A stretch of 63,155 nt of DNA, the filler included. It is 14 parts of 14 records of this genome, joined end to end, with 100 filler letters (N's around TTAATTAATTAA, not from the genome) between each part and the next. Parts side by side here need not be neighbours in the genome. Positions count along the whole stretch, not along the records: positions 54,899 to 60,006 come from SRR15195285_1994; positions 60,107 to 63,155 come from SRR15195285_2029; 12 more parts are not named here. One strand, written 5' to 3'. Within the stretch, counting starts at the first letter, position 1, and every line of letters begins with the position of its first letter. The position numbers and the translations under genes were made by a program. Positions 58,522 to 63,155 of this stretch are shown here, one piece after another. The notes under the pieces are model-generated. The model had not been told where the DNA came from and ran no database searches. It saw nothing but the letters and a program-made list of their open reading frames with translations.

Positions 58522-58992
58522 CAATCGAAAAAATGCAGCATCGCGACCAAGACAGCAGCAAAATGACGTAGTGTGAGCAGTTGGACCAAACAAAATTTGA
58601 CTACGCCTTCTACACTAAGAAGCAGCAATCAATTTGGAGACGTGGCTTAGCGGCGCGATGCATGCATACAGTGGTTGCTCACCAGTGGGAAAGAGGCCAT
58701 ATTAGGATTTCCGGTCTGATAGTCAGGGATGCAGGATGGAGTCAGTGAGTACAGTACACGTAGCGAGTACTAGTAGAGAATATCAATACAAATGCAATGC
58801 TCCCTGTTGGTACAGCTGTACGGTACAGTACCAGTACCGGTAGGGACGGTGACTGACAGCCAGTGATAGCGCAGCGGTACGGCCAGCGTGCACGGTGTGC
58901 GTGGCTGTGGTGTGGCTGTAGCGCCACCTCCCGACCGACCAGGGTTCGTGTGGAGGCCGTGCTACGGCATACGCCAGCGCAGCTGTGGCAGC

Positions 58993-59592
58993 ATGGCCAT
59001 AGACGTCACCACCATGAGCGTGAAGAACTTGAAGAGCATCATCGCGAACGTGGGGTTGGACTGCGAAGGCATCGTCGATAAGCAGGAACTCATCGCGCTC
59101 GCGCGCGAAGCGCTCAAGGATTCCGAGACGGACTGCGAGTCATCGCAGGAGGTCGAGATGGACTGCGAATCATGGTTCTTTCGCCAAATGACAACCTGTA
59201 CGCTCGAAGTACCGCCGCAACATATCAGGCCTTGCGCACACGCGCCGCCAAGCTTCGCTGGCCCATTGGGCCATAAGGACCCGGCGCTCCCATGTTTGCA
59301 AAGGCGCCGATGTGCCCTCCCAGCGGTCCAGGTTGTTGTCGGTGTCCAACCTGAAGTGAAGTGCCGCAACGCCGTTGCGATGGGTGTTGGGTCCCCTGCT
59401 ACTACTTTCAAAGAAGTAATGCTGCATAGCCGGCGGCCAGCTGTTGCAGTCTGCATACCAGCTGCAGTCATCGTTCTGCGCACTATGTTGCTAGATGCGG
59501 ATTCTAGGCGCCGGAGTGTGAAGAACCGCGTACGCACTACACGCCCGCGATCTACGACACCGTGTACACTTAGTAGTACCAGGTACTATTGA
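58993..59592 (+). CDS. Small protein starting with a SAP-like/ARMET-C-like helix pair; 3' structure unclear
   Basis: MSVKNLKSIIANVGLDCEGIVDKQELIALAR. Confidence 0.45.
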   Translation: MAIDVTTMSVKNLKSIIANVGLDCEGIVDKQELIALAREALKDSETDCESSQEVEMDCESWFFRQMTTCTLEVPPQHIRPCAHAPPSFAGPLGHKDPALPCLQRRRCALPAVQVVVGVQPEVKCRNAVAMGVGSPATTFKEVMLHSRRPAVAVCIPAAVIVLRTMLLDADSRRRSVKNRVRTTRPRSTTPCTLSSTRYY

Positions 59593-59887
59593 ATTGTGCT
59601 TAATACAATTTTTTCACCAGGTACTATAGATTGCACTTGGGTTACGCTCTCTCCGGTGTAACCCGCGGGTGTCTAGCGCGCGCGTGATCCTGATCGGCGC
59701 TGATCGCGCTCGCCGCCGGCGCGCGCGCTGCGCGCATGCATGTATGCTGCATGTGCCGCCGCGGCGGGTCTAGCTCGACATTCTACGAACATAGCCTGCA
59801 GCGGAGCGAGATCGCCGGCTTTCGTTCCTTGCAGGTGTTGCGAGGGGCCCACGAGGTGCACTTGCTCGTTCGCCTCCGTCTACGGTG

Positions 59888-60006
59888 GATGAGCAGTAGC
59901 AGCGCGAGCGATGAGGACGACCCGGTCGAGTTCCTGCGCGCACGGCGGCAGGACGTCTCTGCTTCTCCACTCTGCGCTGAGGCGGAGCCGGAGCCGGAGC
60001 CGGAGC
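59888..60006 (+). CDS. Probable 5' end of a gene truncated at a (PE)n repeat
   Basis: MSSSSASDEDDPVEFLRARR...EPEPEPE. Confidence 0.35.
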
Positions 60007-60108
60007 NNNNNNNNNNNNNNNNNNNNNNNNNNNNNNNNNNNNNNNNNNNNTTAATTAATTAANNNNNNNNNNNNNNNNNNNNNNNNNNNNNNNNNNNNNN
60101 NNNNNNGG

Positions 60109-62377
60109 CTCAAGCAGGGCGCCCCGCTCTCGCGCAAGGCCTTGGAGGAGAGCGAGCCCACCGCGGCGGCCCGAGCGTTGCTCGAGAAGAGTGGCTTGGT
60201 GCTCTTCGACAAGGCCACAAGCGAGGTCAGCGGCGCTTACCCGCTCACCACCGAGGAGCGTGCGCATCGTGTCGTGGCGGGCAAACGCCAGCTACGCGCC
60301 ATGTGCGCGATCGACGCGCTCGCGATTGGTCCGATGCTGGGCGACGAGCCCGTCACGGTGCACTCGCGTTGCGAGGTCACTGGCGACGAGGTGAAGGTGG
60401 AGCTAAGGGGTCCTGCGTTACAGGGCGAGTCGTTACGCTCCCAAGTCCAGGTCGGTGTCGGATGGAACGCGGCCAAGGAAGGAGTGAGCTGCGCCAGCAG
60501 CCTGTGTACACAGATGGTGTTTCTCAGGGATGTCGAGACCGCAGAGCAGTGGCAGAGCGATCCGGCCGGGTCATTGCCCTCACCCACTGGCCCTACGGCC
60601 GTGACGGACCCTCCATTGCCGACGCGAGAGTACTTTTCGCTTGGCGACGCCCTGAAGCTCGCAGCGCAATTCTTTCGCCCGCTGGGAGCGCGAGAGCCAC
60701 CAAACGGCGACGTTGGCCCGATGAAAACTGCAGAGCCGCAGAGCAAGCCCGGCACCCTCGTGATTGTAGATCCAGCGACAGCCGAGGAGACAGAATTTTT
60801 ACTGCTCAAGGGTCGCCCTGCGCAAGAGTACTTCGGGAAGCTCGATGTCGTCACGCATGGACTAGACGTACGTTGCCCGAACTGCCCTGTGCTGCTTCAT
60901 CTTGCCCAACACAACTGACACCTTGTGCCACGAATCTTGCACAGCTCCTTGAATCCGAGGACGAATATGTGGACGAAGAGCTGCTGCTCGATGGAACGTG
61001 GGGTAACTTCGATGGCGTGCCAAACCCCGAGTACTTGAAAAAGAAGACTGTAGGTGCAGAGACAGTCGAAAAACACGAGGGCGGGCAGGCAGCTGCGGAC
61101 ACTGCAAGCGGCGACACTGCAGGTGGCGATGACAAGCATGTCGCCGCAGACAGTGACGATAAAACTGAGGATGAGGGAACGGAAGAAAAGCAGCTCGAAA
61201 GACTGCACTTTTTCCGCTCCAAGGTGCACGTCAAGGACGTGAACCGGCTTGTTGTAGCGTCGTTCGTCTCCAGGTACCTTTGGAGCCCCAGACTGCTGAT
61301 TGCCATATCGTGGTTCCCCAGCGGCATTTTTTGTGCTCTTGCAGGCACTGCTACTCTTTCTGACTTCTGCTGTGCGCATCACACGCATTCGTGCGTGTGC
61401 GCGTGATGTGCTGCAGCTTGCGAGCGCCGAAGAAGAAGCCCAAAACATCAAAGCAGGCGGAAAATGCGGTGCGAGGAGGAAATTTCTTTGACACATTCCT
61501 GCCAAAGCAGAAAAAACGAACCCTGGCAAGCGTGGCGAACGGGCAAAGCTTGAAGTCCGCAGCTGCCACAGCCACAGCAAGGAACGCAAGTGACCGTGTT
61601 TCTCGTGGAAAGGTATTGGAAGCGTGGCTGGTCGACACACCAAATACGGTAGGTCCTTTGTGGCAAGGCTGAGATCTCTTCTCTACAGCTCTGCGGACAG
61701 CTGCCACCGTATGATGTCCAACTTTCTCCCGCTTTTTCTGTCTGCCTGTTTACGCAAGCTGCGGTCGTGTGTGACAGATGCGGCACTGGAGTGACCAGTC
61801 GCTGCGTAAGCGCAAGGCGGACGCCGAAAGGCCTGCAAGCAACGATAGGAGAACGATCCCTGCACCGATGGATTGGGTCGATGGCCTGGCGGCGCTTAAA
61901 GGTTCGCCGCGCGGGCTAGCAACCACAGCGACGTTGGAATCGGGTAAACTTGACGTCGTCCCACCCTCAGGAGCGGGCGCTGGTGCCGACACGGTGCAAA
62001 ACCTGCAGCTGCCGGGCGGCTTAGGCCTGTCCTTGAAGCAGGTGTCCCACACTGTAAAACCCTCACCGCGAACAGCGGCAGCGGACGCACTTCTCACCTC
62101 GCCCAGAGAGATTCCGTCGCCGATGGTGCTTCCATCACCTGCGACAATGGCGCCGTTGCAAGCGGCAAAGCGCTCGATGGGGGACGAGGGGGAAGCAGGG
62201 CTTGGCGGGATCGACTTGACAGATGTAGATACTACACCCGGCTGGCCGCAGCCACCAAGCCCGCACGGCGCCGACAATGCATTGCAATCGGCTGTCGTGG
62301 AGATGCCAAGCGAACCACATTCGATCATGGGTTGGCTCGAGGCACTCCCTGCACATTTGGCAGCCGGGGGCGCGTGA
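60109..62377 (+). CDS. merB: Organomercurial (alkylmercury) lyase MerB-like domain with spliced C-terminal extension; 5' truncated
   Basis: GAYPLT...HRV...AMCAIDAL...VHSRCEVTGDEV...SLCTQMVFLRD...AEQW...FSLGDA is the MerB pattern. Intron 60868-60944 (GTACGT, ACTGAC, CAG). Exons after ~61220 are uncertain. Confidence 0.8.
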
Positions 62378-63155
62378 TGAGCGAGGGACCATCAATGAAG
62401 ACGAATAGTGCGGCACGTGGCCATTACAATGCGCTGTGAAACTTTCCTTGGCGTCTGAATTAAGCCGTCTATAGCTCACCATCGTGCTCGCTAGTTGCTT
62501 TCTTTCGTACCCTTCCTTTTCTTGCGCCCCTTCTTCTTCGGCGCTAGCTATTCTTAGAGTCCGTATTCTTAGAGTCCGTATGAGCCCCTCCCCCGACCGG
62601 CGCGCGCCCATGCAGCCAGCCGCCGAGGAGGTCGGGGGGACGCGGACGCGGACTCGCGTTCGCGAATCGGAACAATTGTACCGCGCACCGAAGATCACAG
62701 TCATGCTGCAGCGACTCGAGGTTAGAACATAGCATAGAGGGTCAGAGGGGTGGCACTGATTCCTCGATGATTTCGCAGTAGGATTATGGATCTCCTTACA
62801 TAGGTCAAATAGCATATTCGATAGGTGTAGGTAGGTAATTCCAGAAAATTAGTGAGTCTAAACCTTGCAAGGTCTGACAATACACGGCAGTGTAAAACGT
62901 ACACTATATTTGTAATGCGCACCCCGTGCGTATGCAGTCTCCGATCGCCACCATCGACAGCCTGTCTCGCTGTCTGTCTTTTGTTAGCCATGGAGGTTCG
63001 CGCATCACCAGCACGTGCTCTTGGGTCGTGGTGCTCACTCCACTCGGTGCGCAACGCAGCGAGAAACTCCACAACATGTCGCATTGCTGTAGACGGTTGT
63101 GTCAGCGCTTCTTTCAAACACAGCACCACTTGGCCACGGTACCACGAATCGGTTA

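Noticed and set aside
5936-60106. Regularly recurring TTAATTAATTAA flanked by N runs (looks like a repeat array)
   Set aside because: Identical 100-nt artificial linkers between contigs; not biological.
60107-60870. MerB contig as a bacterial mer operon contaminant
   Set aside because: No mer neighbours; the frame continues through a canonical spliceosomal intron and the downstream DNA has the same intron-like style as the other contigs. Not fully excluded without coverage data.
50507-63155. Apparent cluster of Roco-TIR, sulfatase, hydratase and MerB as a detox or defence island
   Set aside because: These genes lie on three separate contigs; adjacency across spacers carries no linkage information.
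62400-63155. Minus-strand ORFs and a 15-bp tandem duplication (TATTCTTAGAGTCCG x2, ~62549-62580)
   Set aside because: No recognisable domain or consistent exon structure; could be a decayed element but this is unsupported.
1-63155. tRNA, rRNA, transposase or reverse transcriptase genes
   Set aside because: None recognised by eye; a covariance-model or HMM scan would be needed to exclude them.

Overview
This window is not one locus. It is 14 unrelated eukaryotic contigs (about 3-6 kb each) joined by artificial 100-nt spacers (N44-TTAATTAATTAA-N44) at 5936, 10793, 15396, 21433, 26057, 29163, 33081, 36816, 41233, 46141, 50407, 54799 and 60007. The DNA is GC-rich and gene-dense, with short GT-AG spliceosomal introns (often a GTGCG donor) and an axonemal dynein, so it most likely comes from a metagenome- or single-cell-assembled flagellated protist; the lineage cannot be determined by eye. 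Recognisable genes: HscB/Jac1, proteasome beta-4 (PSMB2), axonemal dynein heavy chain, pyroglutamyl peptidase I, NAA40-like acetyltransferase, ABTB1-like BTB protein and an arylsulfatase. The most notable items are: (1) an intron-containing organomercurial lyase (MerB)-like gene that keeps the Cys/Asp/Cys catalytic set; (2) a DUF4116-Roc-COR-SAM-TIR protein, i.e. a SARM1-like SAM-TIR effector fused to a Roco GTPase; (3) a PLAT domain fused to a single-domain voltage-gated channel; (4) RINGv-AlgH and EF-hand/TerB-like fusions; and (5) two families of non-coding elements upstream of genes, one of them foldable. All family assignments come from motif recognition by eye; no database searches were run.
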